From positions 1-62,125 of the forward strand of contig JADHOF010000002.1 in assembly GCA_016779125.1 (NCBI GenBank): a stretch of 62,125 bases of DNA. The letters are read 5' to 3'. Positions 23,198 to 33,110 of this stretch are shown in pieces; position 1 is the stretch's first letter, and the number at the start of each line of letters is the position of its first letter. The position numbers and the translations under genes were made by a program. A model generated the notes under the pieces. It saw only the letters and a program-made list of their open reading frames with translations. It did not search any database and had not been told where the DNA came from. This DNA comes from Verrucomicrobiia bacterium. Lineage in GTDB: Bacteria; Verrucomicrobiota; Verrucomicrobiia; Limisphaerales; JAYPXF01.

Positions 23198-23533
23198 TCA
23201 ACCTCCGGCGCACTTGAGGCACATCACGGCATCGGGCTGAATGCTCAGTCGCCCGTCCGCGATCGGTTTCCGGCAGCGACCGCAGATGCCGTACGATCCC
23301 TTTGCGATCGCCTTGAGAGCCCGGTCGATACGCAACAGCTGCTGCTCCTGGCGACGCTTCAATTCGAGCGCCATTTGTTGTCCCTGCATCGCATCCATAC
23401 GGGCAAGACGCCCGATCGCCGTGTCGAGTTCCACGATGCCCGCCTGCTCCGAAGTGCCGACAAGGTCTTCCCGAACACGCGCGGCGAGTTCTTCAAGGAG
23501 GACGCGATATTTCTCCAGCTTCTCAGCATTCAT
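23198..23533 (-). CDS. TraR/DksA family C4-type zinc-finger protein
   Basis: 111 aa. A coiled-coil N-terminal part, then CGRCRKPI..(N)..CLKCA. Confidence 0.8.
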   Translation of the reverse strand: MNAEKLEKYRVLLEELAARVREDLVGTSEQAGIVELDTAIGRLARMDAMQGQQMALELKRRQEQQLLRIDRALKAIAKGSYGICGRCRKPIADGRLSIQPDAVMCLKCAGG

Positions 23534-23544
23534 GATTCGAAGGC

Positions 23545-25851
23545 TCAGGGCAGCAAATTGATCGTGTGCAGTACCTCCTGACTGATCTTCCCTCCATCGA
23601 TCGTGATCAAGCCTCGAAAAGCGATCTTCTGCTGCATGACCGGTTTCAGGTCCGCGATCTCCAAAGTCACCGTCCGCCCGTCGGGGGAAAGTTTCACGGC
23701 ATCGATCTTCAGTTCGTCATGCCCGGTCTTGTCCGGTTGGGCGACGCTGTATTCAGGTGAGCCGTAATTTTCGGTGCGCCGGTAGTTCCACCGCTCACCA
23801 TGATAATTCCCGACATCCTCCGCGCTTCGACGCTCAAGCGGCACGGTGAAGGTGAGATGAACCCCGGAGCGATCCACCTTGAGACCCCGGACGCTGTGAA
23901 CCGGTCGTCCCGTGTAACGCACGCGATCGAATCCCGCCGGCATCACGGCGTTGCTCTGCCACCCCTTGAGGCCCGCGTTGTAGAGCTGCCCGTCCCGGGG
24001 ATTAAACCGAAGGCGCATCGCCGAGGAGGTGAATCGCACCGGGATCTTCACGATCCCACCCTGCATCTGTCCGTTCACTTCTTCCTTCAGCACGAGATAC
24101 AGTGAGGATTGCCCGTACGAGGTGTGCAGAAGTTCCCCTTCAAACGGCCCCCAACGGTCGCTCGTCACCCAGGCCTGACCGCCGCCGGAGTTGTCCCAGG
24201 ACTTGGTGATCCAGCACAGCGGCGGCTGAAACGTGCCCGTGTCGCGGCCGTGCGCCAGATCTTCAACCCCGTAAAAACCTCCCGGGCGCACCCAGTTGAT
24301 CGGGCAGGCGGGAACCCACGTGCCTTCGTTGTCGCCCGTCGTCAATTGCCCGTCCGGGCCGAGACCAATCCCGGTCGGCGCGCGAAAACCGGTCGCGATG
24401 ACCTCCAGCTTTCGACCGCTCGGATCGACTTTCATCAGGCAGCCGGCGTGGCGCGTCACCTCGCCGTTTCCACCGCCGCCGCCAAAGCCTCGCCCGCCAC
24501 CGCGAACCGGACCCGCCTTTGCGAAGTAAAAGTTGCCGGCACGATCACGTTGCAAATCGAAACAGAATTCATGAAATCCCTGCGAAGACGTATGCAGGTT
24601 GCAGAAGTTTTCGTAGTAGTCGGTTTCGCCGTCGCCGTTGAGATCGTGATACCGCGTGATCTCGTCCCGACCGACAGTGTAGACCACGCCATCGACGATC
24701 TTCAGTCCCAGATTCTCGAAGCCGCCGGAGGAGACGCGTGTCCAGACGAGTTCCTCCAGGTCCTCGTCAATACCAGCCACCTTCCACACATCCCCATCCC
24801 AGCTGGAAAGTGCGGCACTGGTGCCATCCTCAAAGAAGTCCAATCCGCCGAAACGCACCCGCCGATTCCACGGATTGTTGATTGGCGGGGTGATCCTGTC
24901 CGTCACATAAGCGCCGTCCGGCGTGCGGCTCGTGTCGAGCGCGCCCTTGGTTTTCACCTGTTCGTTCCAACGGGCGGGACCACCCTGCGCGAAATCCGCC
25001 ATTCTCGACGGGGCCTTCAAAGCGGCATCCAAGGCGGCGTCATCCGCGGCTCCGATCACCAACGAGAAGGTCGCCGGACCGAGACCGGCCGGAATCGTCG
25101 CCGTGGTCAGATTGTCAACCGTCTCGATCAACACCCCCTCGACACCGCGAAGTCCGACTCGAATTTTTGGAGCCTTCCCGCCGCTCCGCGCGACCGCCAG
25201 CTTCAACGGTGTCCGGTTCTTGCCGACACGAAAGGTTCGCGTGAAAAGAGTGCCTTCCATCCCGGGTTGCTCGTGGATTTTTGTGCCGTGGACGGTGTAG
25301 GCGAGCACGACATCCATGCCGTGGACGTAGAGCCCGTCCCACCGGCACCATCGATCTGGCAGCGGCCCGAAGGGCTCCGGACGCGGATCGTTGAACGTGC
25401 CGTCCGAGTCCGCCCAGCCCGGTTGATTGCCGAGTCCGAACAGTTGTTTCCCGACAATGGAAGGATGCTTGCCATGACCACCGGAGAAACTGACGCCTTC
25501 CGCGTTGATGAAGCCCCCGCTCCAAGCGGCCGCCACCAGCAGGCGGTCCGTGTCAAAAAGCATCGCGGCGTCCCGGCCGACTCGAATGGCGATTCCCTTT
25601 TCAGCCAGGTTTCCCTCGGGGAAAGACGCCCGGATCGCCGCGCGTTGGAACGGGAAGTCGTCCGGGAACAAGGCCTCTGCGGAATTCGGATTCGGTCGCC
25701 CTGCGGCCGAACACAACGCCGGAAGAAACCCCGCCACCAGGGTGCAACAGAGGGTCAGCTGTCGGGTTCGCGCACCCGGAATTCGGAACCCATCGCCGTT
25801 CAAAGTCTTCAGCATTCCGAGACCCTGCCGCCAAAGCCCCCGAAAGACCAA
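23545..25851 (-). CDS. large exported beta-propeller protein (PVC 'membrane-bound dehydrogenase domain'-like, no heme motif seen)
   Basis: 768 aa with a signal-like N-terminus (..LTLCCTLVAGFLPALCSAAG). Calcium-binding-like DLNGDGETDYYENF. Propeller-like repeats. No CxxCH. An alternative start is the ATG at 25815. Confidence 0.65.
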   Translation of the reverse strand: MVFRGLWRQGLGMLKTLNGDGFRIPGARTRQLTLCCTLVAGFLPALCSAAGRPNPNSAEALFPDDFPFQRAAIRASFPEGNLAEKGIAIRVGRDAAMLFDTDRLLVAAAWSGGFINAEGVSFSGGHGKHPSIVGKQLFGLGNQPGWADSDGTFNDPRPEPFGPLPDRWCRWDGLYVHGMDVVLAYTVHGTKIHEQPGMEGTLFTRTFRVGKNRTPLKLAVARSGGKAPKIRVGLRGVEGVLIETVDNLTTATIPAGLGPATFSLVIGAADDAALDAALKAPSRMADFAQGGPARWNEQVKTKGALDTSRTPDGAYVTDRITPPINNPWNRRVRFGGLDFFEDGTSAALSSWDGDVWKVAGIDEDLEELVWTRVSSGGFENLGLKIVDGVVYTVGRDEITRYHDLNGDGETDYYENFCNLHTSSQGFHEFCFDLQRDRAGNFYFAKAGPVRGGGRGFGGGGGNGEVTRHAGCLMKVDPSGRKLEVIATGFRAPTGIGLGPDGQLTTGDNEGTWVPACPINWVRPGGFYGVEDLAHGRDTGTFQPPLCWITKSWDNSGGGQAWVTSDRWGPFEGELLHTSYGQSSLYLVLKEEVNGQMQGGIVKIPVRFTSSAMRLRFNPRDGQLYNAGLKGWQSNAVMPAGFDRVRYTGRPVHSVRGLKVDRSGVHLTFTVPLERRSAEDVGNYHGERWNYRRTENYGSPEYSVAQPDKTGHDELKIDAVKLSPDGRTVTLEIADLKPVMQQKIAFRGLITIDGGKISQEVLHTINLLP

Positions 25852-25863
25852 TCCATGTTCGCG

Positions 25864-27720
25864 TCAGATCCGTTTTTCTCCGACGACGGCCCTCAACTTT
25901 TTGAGCAGCGCCTCGTTGGTGAAGGGCTTCTGCAAGAACCCGTCCAATCCGGCCCCGTCGAATCGTTGGATCGCGACCGCTTCACTGTATCCGCTCATCA
26001 GAAGGACCGGTATCCCCGGGCGCAGTCGGCGGATTCGCTTGAAGGCCTCGACGCCATCCATCCGAGGCATGGCCAGGTCAAGCAGCACTGCGGAGAGTTG
26101 CTCCTGAAGCTCGCCAAAAAGTTTCACTCCCTCCTCGCCATCGCCGGCGGAGACCACCGAGTAACCGAAACGCTTCAGCACCGTGGTCGTTGTGTCCCGA
26201 ACGATCGCCTCATCGTCGACCACAAGGACCGTGGATGCGCCCCCGTTCGACGCCACGATCCCGGATGGAAATGAGTCGATCTTCGAAACGTCCGACTCAG
26301 GTAGGCGCTCCTTCAATGCCGGCAATAGGAGGGAAAAGGACGTCCCGCGGCGAGGCTCTGAAGTGACCTCCATTACGCCGTGGTGACCCCGCACGATTCC
26401 CTGAACCGCAGCGAGCCCCAATCCTCGCCCTGTGAACTTGGTCGTAAAAAAGGGCTCAAAAATCCGCCGCAATGTCTCTTCGCCCATCCCCGGACCGTTG
26501 TCACGGACGACGATCCGGACGTGCGGTCCCGCCGAGAGCTGATCGACCAATCGGTGACGTTCAAGATACGCGTCGTCGATCTCCAATGCTTCCGTCGAAA
26601 GCACGATCTCACCCGGGCGTTCGCCAAGGGCTTCGGCCGCATTGAGAACCAGGTTCATGATCACCTGATTCATCTGCGCAACGTCCGCCATCACCGGGAG
26701 AAGATTCTCGGCGAGCTCGAACCGAAGATCCACGGACTTGGCGATCGAAACCTTCATCATCTGCACGATTTCTCGAATCAACCCGCTGACTTCCACCGGT
26801 TTGACAACGAATCGACCGCGACCGGAGTACGCCAGCATCTGCGAGCAAAGATCCCCCGCCCGCAACGCGGCCCGCTCAATATCTTCAATGAGCGGCAGAT
26901 GGGGGGAGCCGGTCGCCAAGCCGCTCTTTACCAGACCCACATTGCCCAGCATCGCAGTCAGCAGATTGTTGAAATCATGGGCGACTCCTCCCGCCAGAAC
27001 CCCCAGACTTTCCAGCTTTTGCGTCTCCTGAAATTTCGCCTCCATCGCACGCCGATCAGACTCCGCCTTCCTTCGCTCCGTGATATCCAGGCTGATTCCG
27101 ACCAATCGCGTCGGCTTTCCATCCAAGCCCGGAAAGACTTCTCCCCGCCCCTCGATCCAGTGAATCGATCCGTCCAGCCAAACAACCCGAAAATCCTCAT
27201 GGTACCTGCGTCCGTCGCGAATCGCGGCCTCGATTCCAGCTTTGACCCGGGCGCGGTCGTCCGGGTGGATAAAATCATGGTATTCGCGCTCCAATCCCAA
27301 TTCCCGCACATCGGGGCCGGCAAACATTTGCTGCAATCCGGGGCTGCCCGTCACCTCGTTCGTGGCGAGATTCCAGTCCCATGTTTCAATCCGGGCAACC
27401 TCGAGAGCCAGACGCCAGTGCTCATCGCGCTTTCGCATCATGTCCGCCAGCTCCCGTTCCGTCGCGAGCTGACGCCGCGTCCTTCGAAGCTCGTAGCTCC
27501 GCAGCCGCCAAAGGCCCCACACAACCGCGCCTATCACAACAATCGCGATGCCAGATTGAAACCAGATGTTCCCAAAAAGAACATCCTCGCTCTCCTTCCA
27601 ACGATTCAAATCGACCATTTCATGCGCTCGCGCGAAGGCGGGGCCGGCACCCCAAAACAAAAGGAGGCTCACCTGAACGATCAGCGGGACTCCTACGCGA
27701 TTTAGCCCCGAAGGCTCCAT
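25864..27720 (-). CDS. hybrid sensor histidine kinase (2 TM, PAS, HisKA, HATPase, C-terminal receiver)
   Basis: H-box VAHDFNNLLTAM. N/G boxes NLVLNAAEAL, DNGPGM, GRGLGLAAV. Receiver VLVVDDEAIV..DLAMPRMDG..KPF. Confidence 0.9.
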   Translation of the reverse strand: MEPSGLNRVGVPLIVQVSLLLFWGAGPAFARAHEMVDLNRWKESEDVLFGNIWFQSGIAIVVIGAVVWGLWRLRSYELRRTRRQLATERELADMMRKRDEHWRLALEVARIETWDWNLATNEVTGSPGLQQMFAGPDVRELGLEREYHDFIHPDDRARVKAGIEAAIRDGRRYHEDFRVVWLDGSIHWIEGRGEVFPGLDGKPTRLVGISLDITERRKAESDRRAMEAKFQETQKLESLGVLAGGVAHDFNNLLTAMLGNVGLVKSGLATGSPHLPLIEDIERAALRAGDLCSQMLAYSGRGRFVVKPVEVSGLIREIVQMMKVSIAKSVDLRFELAENLLPVMADVAQMNQVIMNLVLNAAEALGERPGEIVLSTEALEIDDAYLERHRLVDQLSAGPHVRIVVRDNGPGMGEETLRRIFEPFFTTKFTGRGLGLAAVQGIVRGHHGVMEVTSEPRRGTSFSLLLPALKERLPESDVSKIDSFPSGIVASNGGASTVLVVDDEAIVRDTTTTVLKRFGYSVVSAGDGEEGVKLFGELQEQLSAVLLDLAMPRMDGVEAFKRIRRLRPGIPVLLMSGYSEAVAIQRFDGAGLDGFLQKPFTNEALLKKLRAVVGEKRI

Positions 27721-27836
27721 GGATTAATTTCCGAATACCGCAAACCAGATCGAAGCGTCGTGCCAAATTCGGACTTGGGATTCAGTGCAGGATAGATACC
27801 GACGCCCTTCAAACTTGAAAAGCGCGAAACGCCGAT

Positions 27837-28670
27837 TCATCCGGCCTGGTCGAGCAGCCTGATCAAGCCGTCACGGGCCGGCTCCAGCCCCTTGTAGAGG
27901 GCGACGGAGTCCGGCATCGTGCGCAAAGCGCGCCGCAACCCGGCCGCCGTTTCCGGTTCCCGAATCACCTCCGCCAACGGAACAATCTCGAGGCGAATTC
28001 CAAACACGATGCCGCCCGTGCCCGCCAAAGCGACCAGCGCCTGCCATTCGATCCGCAAGAACACCTCGCTCACGTTCACCTCCGGCCCCAAACCCGGGAG
28101 CCCCAAATCGGGATGATGATTCAGCTCCGGCGATCGGCTGAGACCCCAGTTGGCCCGTGTCATCGCCATCCCCGGTCGCAGCCGAGACAGATAGCGCGCA
28201 ATGGTGTCGCCATACTCCTCGTTCAATCCAGGCACCGGAGCGTGAACCTCGGCGAGCGGCAGGCCAACCTTGTCCGTCAAACGCCACGAGGACGGGAAAC
28301 ACACACATCCGCCCACAAGATCGAACTGATCCCCGTTCCGTCGTAAGAGAACAAAGTCGGGTTCCAAACGCCGCCCGAGCCATTCCGCGAGGCCGAGATC
28401 GTCCAATTCAAGCGGCGGCACATCGCGAAGACCGGCCCATTCGCGGGCATGTTTTACTGTCTCCCTCAAAATCTCCCCCCCTTCCGGACGCACACGGCAA
28501 TATCGCTCCGGCATCTCGTCAAGCCACCGGGCGCGCTCGGTCAACAATTTCGAACCAAGCGGCCCCGGCTCAAAAAACTCCTGCGGTGAACAAGCCCGGA
28601 AGCCAAATCGAAAGGAGAAGTCCTTGTCAGGGAACAGACTGCGCCACGCTGGCTCCGGCTCGGGCATCAC
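27837..28670 (-). CDS. DUF3445 (heme-dependent oxidative N-demethylase alpha-like) family protein
   Basis: 277 aa. FSFRFGFRACSPQEFF..ERARWLDEMPERY.. and a C-terminal ..IEWQALVALAGTGGIVFGIRLEIVPL resemble the family pattern (ERQTL.RLP..FtIR). Confidence 0.5.
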   Translation of the reverse strand: MMPEPEPAWRSLFPDKDFSFRFGFRACSPQEFFEPGPLGSKLLTERARWLDEMPERYCRVRPEGGEILRETVKHAREWAGLRDVPPLELDDLGLAEWLGRRLEPDFVLLRRNGDQFDLVGGCVCFPSSWRLTDKVGLPLAEVHAPVPGLNEEYGDTIARYLSRLRPGMAMTRANWGLSRSPELNHHPDLGLPGLGPEVNVSEVFLRIEWQALVALAGTGGIVFGIRLEIVPLAEVIREPETAAGLRRALRTMPDSVALYKGLEPARDGLIRLLDQAG

Positions 28671-28674
28671 AACT

Positions 28675-30750
28675 TCAATTCTCGTTCATCAGGATCGGAA
28701 ACAGGCTCGTGTAGTCATCGGTCCACAACGGCACTTGTCGCGCCGAAGGTTCCTGCTCGTCGCCCGCCATTCCCGTGCGAATCAGGTCGATCAATCCCGG
28801 ATCCTTGCTCAACACAAGCCACGTGGACTCGTAGACCCACCAGTCCGCCTCGAGATTTTCATCCCACACCGCCACGTGATCGTAGCCGAACTTCTTGGCG
28901 GCATTCATCACGACCGGCTCCAGATCCAGGAAGCGGTTGCTGATGTGAATCGCGAGACAGCCTCCCGGGCGCAGATGTTTTTCGTATGTGACGAAGGCCT
29001 CTGCGGTCAGCAGATGGGCTGGTATGGCGTCGCTGCTGAACGCGTCCAACGCGATCAGGTCGAAGTTGTTTGCGGATTCACTCTCCATGCTGAGCCGCGC
29101 GTCGCCGATCACCACCTCAATGCTGGCTGCGCTTCTTCGAAGGAACGTGAAGTAATTCTCGGCGACACGCCGGACCTCGGGATTGATCTCGTAGAAACGC
29201 ATCAAGTCTCCCGCCTGCCCGTGCGTCGCCATCGTTCCGGCCCCAAGTCCGACCACCGCGATCCGTCGCCCTTTCCCTTCCGGCAAAAAGTGCATCGCCA
29301 GTCCCACTCCGCTGTTCGGACCATAATAGGTCGTGGGCAGATCCGTCATCTCCTCGCCCAAGGCCTGAATGCCGTGCGTGATCCGTCCGTGCTGCAGCGC
29401 GCGATAGGCGGTGCCCATGTCCGTCTCGATCTCCACATGCTCGGTCACCTGCATCGTGCCGTAGAAATTGCGGACCCTCACGATCGCGTTCTCATCATCG
29501 GCCCGCGCGCTCAGGTAAAGGTGGACACAACAGGCCAACACCGTCAAAGCACCGAAGAGCCAGGCCTTGATCAGGGCCGGCCGGTGAAACTCCAGATTTT
29601 TTGACGGATAACATGCCAACCAGGCCAAAATCGCGGTCGCGGCCAACACCCAGTAGGTTTCCACGTATCGGTCAAAAATCAGCGGCGCGACCACGGCGAC
29701 AAACAGCCCCCCGATAGCGCCCCCAACGGAGATCAGAAGATAGAAATGGGTCAGATAGCGAGTGGACGGCTTGAGCCTGCACAGCTCCCCGTGACAGATC
29801 ATGCAGCCGGCGAACAACAAGCCGATCAGGGCCGCGACCTGCCAGAAAATCGCCACATCCTCGATGTTATTCAGCATCCACATCGCCGCCACAAGGCAGC
29901 CCACGTAAAGAGGCAGAAACACCCGCCGCCAGTACCACTTCCGTTCGTCGAAACAAATGATGAAGGTCAGCAGATAAATCGAAAGCGGCAGAACCCACAA
30001 AAAAGGAACCACCGCCACGTCCTGACAAAGCTTGTTCGTCACGGCCAACAAGAGCGCGGAGGCACAGGCGGGCAGCAGCAGCCAAAGCAGCCCCTTGCCC
30101 CAGTCGAACCCGGAAACATCTGTCTCGTTCGCCTCGTCCACCCGCCGCCCCGGAGCCTCCTTGTCCTTTCCCCAGACATGAAGACGCCAGGCACACCAGC
30201 CACAGGCGGCCACAAACGCGAACAAGCCCAGCGACCACATCGCGGTCTGCTGCCGCCGGGAAAACGCCGGCTCAATCAGGAAAGGATAACTGACCAGCGC
30301 CAGGAGAGAACCGATGTTCGACAGCGAATAAAGCCGGTAGGGCGACGTGCCCGGATAGAGCCATGAGAACCACTTCTGCATCAGGGGCCCCGTGGTCGAA
30401 AGCACGAAATAAGGCAGGCCGATCGTGGCCAGCAGCAGCAAGAGGATATGCCGCACCGGCTCCGTTTCCGGCCCGGGCTTCCAACTTTCAGATGGAGTGA
30501 TCGGCAGACAGGTCACGGCGGCGAGCAGCAGGACACAGTGCACCACGGCCTGCCGCCGGGGCCTCACCCAGGTCGTCAGCCAATGCGAATAGGCGTAGCC
30601 CCCCAGCAGCAGCAGCTGAAAAAACAGCATGCAGGTCGTCCAGACGGCGGGTGTGCCGCCAAACCACGGAAGGATGAATTTGCCGATCAGGGGCTGAACC
30701 TGAAAGAGAAGGAAAGCCCCGGCAAAAATCGTTACGGCAAATGCTGGCAT
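28675..30750 (-). CDS. fused polytopic membrane domain plus spermidine-synthase-like methyltransferase-fold domain
   Basis: 691 aa. About 12 hydrophobic spans in the N-terminal ~430 aa, then IAVVGLGAGTMATHGQAGDLMRFYEINPEV..FDLIALDAFS (SpeE-like). Confidence 0.8.
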   Translation of the reverse strand: MPAFAVTIFAGAFLLFQVQPLIGKFILPWFGGTPAVWTTCMLFFQLLLLGGYAYSHWLTTWVRPRRQAVVHCVLLLAAVTCLPITPSESWKPGPETEPVRHILLLLLATIGLPYFVLSTTGPLMQKWFSWLYPGTSPYRLYSLSNIGSLLALVSYPFLIEPAFSRRQQTAMWSLGLFAFVAACGWCAWRLHVWGKDKEAPGRRVDEANETDVSGFDWGKGLLWLLLPACASALLLAVTNKLCQDVAVVPFLWVLPLSIYLLTFIICFDERKWYWRRVFLPLYVGCLVAAMWMLNNIEDVAIFWQVAALIGLLFAGCMICHGELCRLKPSTRYLTHFYLLISVGGAIGGLFVAVVAPLIFDRYVETYWVLAATAILAWLACYPSKNLEFHRPALIKAWLFGALTVLACCVHLYLSARADDENAIVRVRNFYGTMQVTEHVEIETDMGTAYRALQHGRITHGIQALGEEMTDLPTTYYGPNSGVGLAMHFLPEGKGRRIAVVGLGAGTMATHGQAGDLMRFYEINPEVRRVAENYFTFLRRSAASIEVVIGDARLSMESESANNFDLIALDAFSSDAIPAHLLTAEAFVTYEKHLRPGGCLAIHISNRFLDLEPVVMNAAKKFGYDHVAVWDENLEADWWVYESTWLVLSKDPGLIDLIRTGMAGDEQEPSARQVPLWTDDYTSLFPILMNEN

Positions 30751-30971
30751 ATGGATTTAGAGGGGCGCTTCCTAGGGCTCCCCCCAAGCCGAGTCAATTG
30801 GAATTGCCGACTACTTCATTCAAAAATGCTGTTTTTGCGAATTTTAGGGCGATTGCAAAATACCGGAACCTCCGCGTACAGAAGCGCCTAAATTCCCTTT
30901 CTCCACATCGGGGCTTCCGCTACGGTCGGCACCGTTTTATGAACAGCGGCTTTTTACACGGGTTCGACGCT

Positions 30972-33083
30972 ATGCCCCGTAACTTTCGCAAATGGTTGAC
31001 CGGAGTCGTCTTGGCGATGTTCCTTGGCGCGAGCGCGGCGTCCGCAGCCCCCACCATCACCACTCCCCCCGCCGGCGCGATCATTTGCGCGGGCACAAAC
31101 GTCGTCATGAGCGTCGCGGCCAACGGCACGGGTGCACTCTCGTATCAATGGCAGCTGAACCGCACCAATCTCGCCGGAGCCACGGGCTCAACGCTGGTGC
31201 GCAACAACATCCAGCCGATCCAACAGGGGCACTATCGTGTTGTCGTCTCAGACACGACGGGCAGCGTCACCAGCACCGAGGCCTTGGTGGTTGTCTTGTT
31301 TCCGCCGACCGTTGTCGCGCAGACCGGAAATACAACGGTGGACGCCGGCCAACCCGCCACCTTCACCGTTCTGGTCACCGCGAAACCGCCTTCCACCTAC
31401 CAGTGGCGGAAGAACAGTCAGGCGATCACGGGAGCCACGAACAATGTCTACACAATCAGCTCAGCCGTCGGCACCGATGCCGGCACCTATGATTGTTTGC
31501 TGGCCAATTCCTGCGGAACAGCCACCTCGTCCCCCATTCAGTTTCAGGTCGGCCTGCCTCCTTTGGTCACCACCGATCCCGTGGATCAATCCGTGGAACC
31601 CGGAGCAAACGTCACTTTCTCAGTTGTGGCGACCGGCAGCCCGACGCTCACCTACCAATGGTGCAAGGACGGCACTCCGCTCCCCGGCCAGACCGGCACC
31701 TCCATCTCATTGCCCAACGTCCAGTTCGTGGATGAGGGTGGCTACTCGGTGAAAGTCACCAACCCGTACGGCATGATCGCCAGCCGGACCGCCACGTTGA
31801 CCGTCTCGGGACGTCCGGTGATCATCGTTCACCCGCTCTCCCACTCCGTCCTTCTTGGGGACAACGTGACCCTGAACGTCAAGGCCAAGGGACGGGAGCC
31901 GATTTCCTATCAGTGGATGAAGGCCGGCGTGGACATTCCGGGTGCCACCTCCACCAACCTGCTTCTTTCCAACATCCAAGCAGCAGACATCACCACCTAT
32001 TCCGCCCGCGCCTTCAACACCGAGGGCACTGCCGTCAGCTCGAACGCGGTCATCTCGCTGTCGGGCCGCGTCGTCCGGGTCGGCAACACGCAGACCTTTC
32101 AGTTCACCCCCGGAGACATCGTTCCGGTGCCGGTCACAATCGACGCCGAGGGCGGCGAAAATCGGGTGCGCTTCAGCCTCGCCTTTGACGCGACCCGGCT
32201 GACGTTCAGTTCGCTCAGCAACCGCTTCAATGGCGCCACCGCAAACGGCGCGTTGGCGGATCCCGCCGGAATGATCACCGTCGATTGGCAGCTGCCGACC
32301 GGCCAGGCTCTTTCAGCCGGCTCGAATCAGGTCATGTTCGACGTTCATTTCGCGATCAAATCCACCACCAATCAGGCGATCCTCTTTCTCCCGCCGGAAA
32401 ACAGTCCGGTCGCAAAGTCCATCACCGGCCCGAACGGAGAAACCTTGGCCGCCAAATACATCACGGGCACCGTCGTGTTCAAACGGACCGGCGTCTACTT
32501 CCTCAGCCCGCTGACCGGTTTCACGCAGGAATCCTTTTACTGCGTCTATCCCTCGACGGCCTTGGGTTCACTGCCTTTCCCTCAAATGGAGGTGTCGAAC
32601 CCCGGCATCGACACTCTGAACGATCCCATCATCTTGATGAACGCGACAAAAACCAACTCTGCCGGAACCGCAATTGTCGTGCATCCTGGAACCTTGTTTC
32701 CGGGTAACATCGTCACCACGTTCCTCGAATTCGACGTATCGGACCGAATTACGGCTCCGAGTCCGACGCTCAATTTGTTGGAGGAAACCGGCGTACTGCC
32801 ATCGGAGCCCGTCGGTGGAACCGCGCTTGCGAATGACAAAGTCCGCGTCATCCGCCAAGTCGTGGCCGGCGGTACCGTCGCGGTCATCGACTTCTTCTCA
32901 ACCAATGGAAGGCTCTACTACGTGCAATATCGGGAAAACGCGGCCGCGACTTGGCGAAGCTCCTTCCCTCCCGTGCGCGCCAGCGGGCCAACGACTCGAT
33001 GGTCCGACCTTGGATCTTCACGAACCTCGGACCAGCCGACCGCCACGAGAGAGTATCGCGTTCTTGAGTTCTCGAACCGCTAG
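30972..33083 (+). CDS. exported protein with four Ig-like (I-set-type) repeats and a C-terminal cohesin-like/unknown region
   Basis: Trimmed to the ATG at 30972 (MPRNFRKWLTGVVLAMFLGASAASA signal peptide); the ATG at 30939 is also possible. Four ~85-aa repeats each contain YQW.K.G..I.GAT...L....V...D.G.Y. Confidence 0.8.
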   Translation: MPRNFRKWLTGVVLAMFLGASAASAAPTITTPPAGAIICAGTNVVMSVAANGTGALSYQWQLNRTNLAGATGSTLVRNNIQPIQQGHYRVVVSDTTGSVTSTEALVVVLFPPTVVAQTGNTTVDAGQPATFTVLVTAKPPSTYQWRKNSQAITGATNNVYTISSAVGTDAGTYDCLLANSCGTATSSPIQFQVGLPPLVTTDPVDQSVEPGANVTFSVVATGSPTLTYQWCKDGTPLPGQTGTSISLPNVQFVDEGGYSVKVTNPYGMIASRTATLTVSGRPVIIVHPLSHSVLLGDNVTLNVKAKGREPISYQWMKAGVDIPGATSTNLLLSNIQAADITTYSARAFNTEGTAVSSNAVISLSGRVVRVGNTQTFQFTPGDIVPVPVTIDAEGGENRVRFSLAFDATRLTFSSLSNRFNGATANGALADPAGMITVDWQLPTGQALSAGSNQVMFDVHFAIKSTTNQAILFLPPENSPVAKSITGPNGETLAAKYITGTVVFKRTGVYFLSPLTGFTQESFYCVYPSTALGSLPFPQMEVSNPGIDTLNDPIILMNATKTNSAGTAIVVHPGTLFPGNIVTTFLEFDVSDRITAPSPTLNLLEETGVLPSEPVGGTALANDKVRVIRQVVAGGTVAVIDFFSTNGRLYYVQYRENAAATWRSSFPPVRASGPTTRWSDLGSSRTSDQPTATREYRVLEFSNR
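31044..32066 (+). repeat. four tandem ~255-bp Ig-like domain repeats within the CDS
   Basis: Units start at APTITTPPAG.., FPPTVVAQTG.., LPPLVTTDPV.. and GRPVIIVHPL.., each with the conserved SYQW/TYQW core. The boundaries are approximate. Confidence 0.7.
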
Positions 33084-33110
33084 CCTCAATCCTTGGTCCC
33101 AGCCAAACCA

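Noticed and set aside
24109-26274. 721-aa plus-strand ORF spanning the propeller gene and the 3' end of the histidine kinase gene
   Set aside because: It is antisense to two well-supported genes. Its translation is Arg/Pro/Gly-rich low complexity with no motifs, and it crosses the intergenic gap between them.
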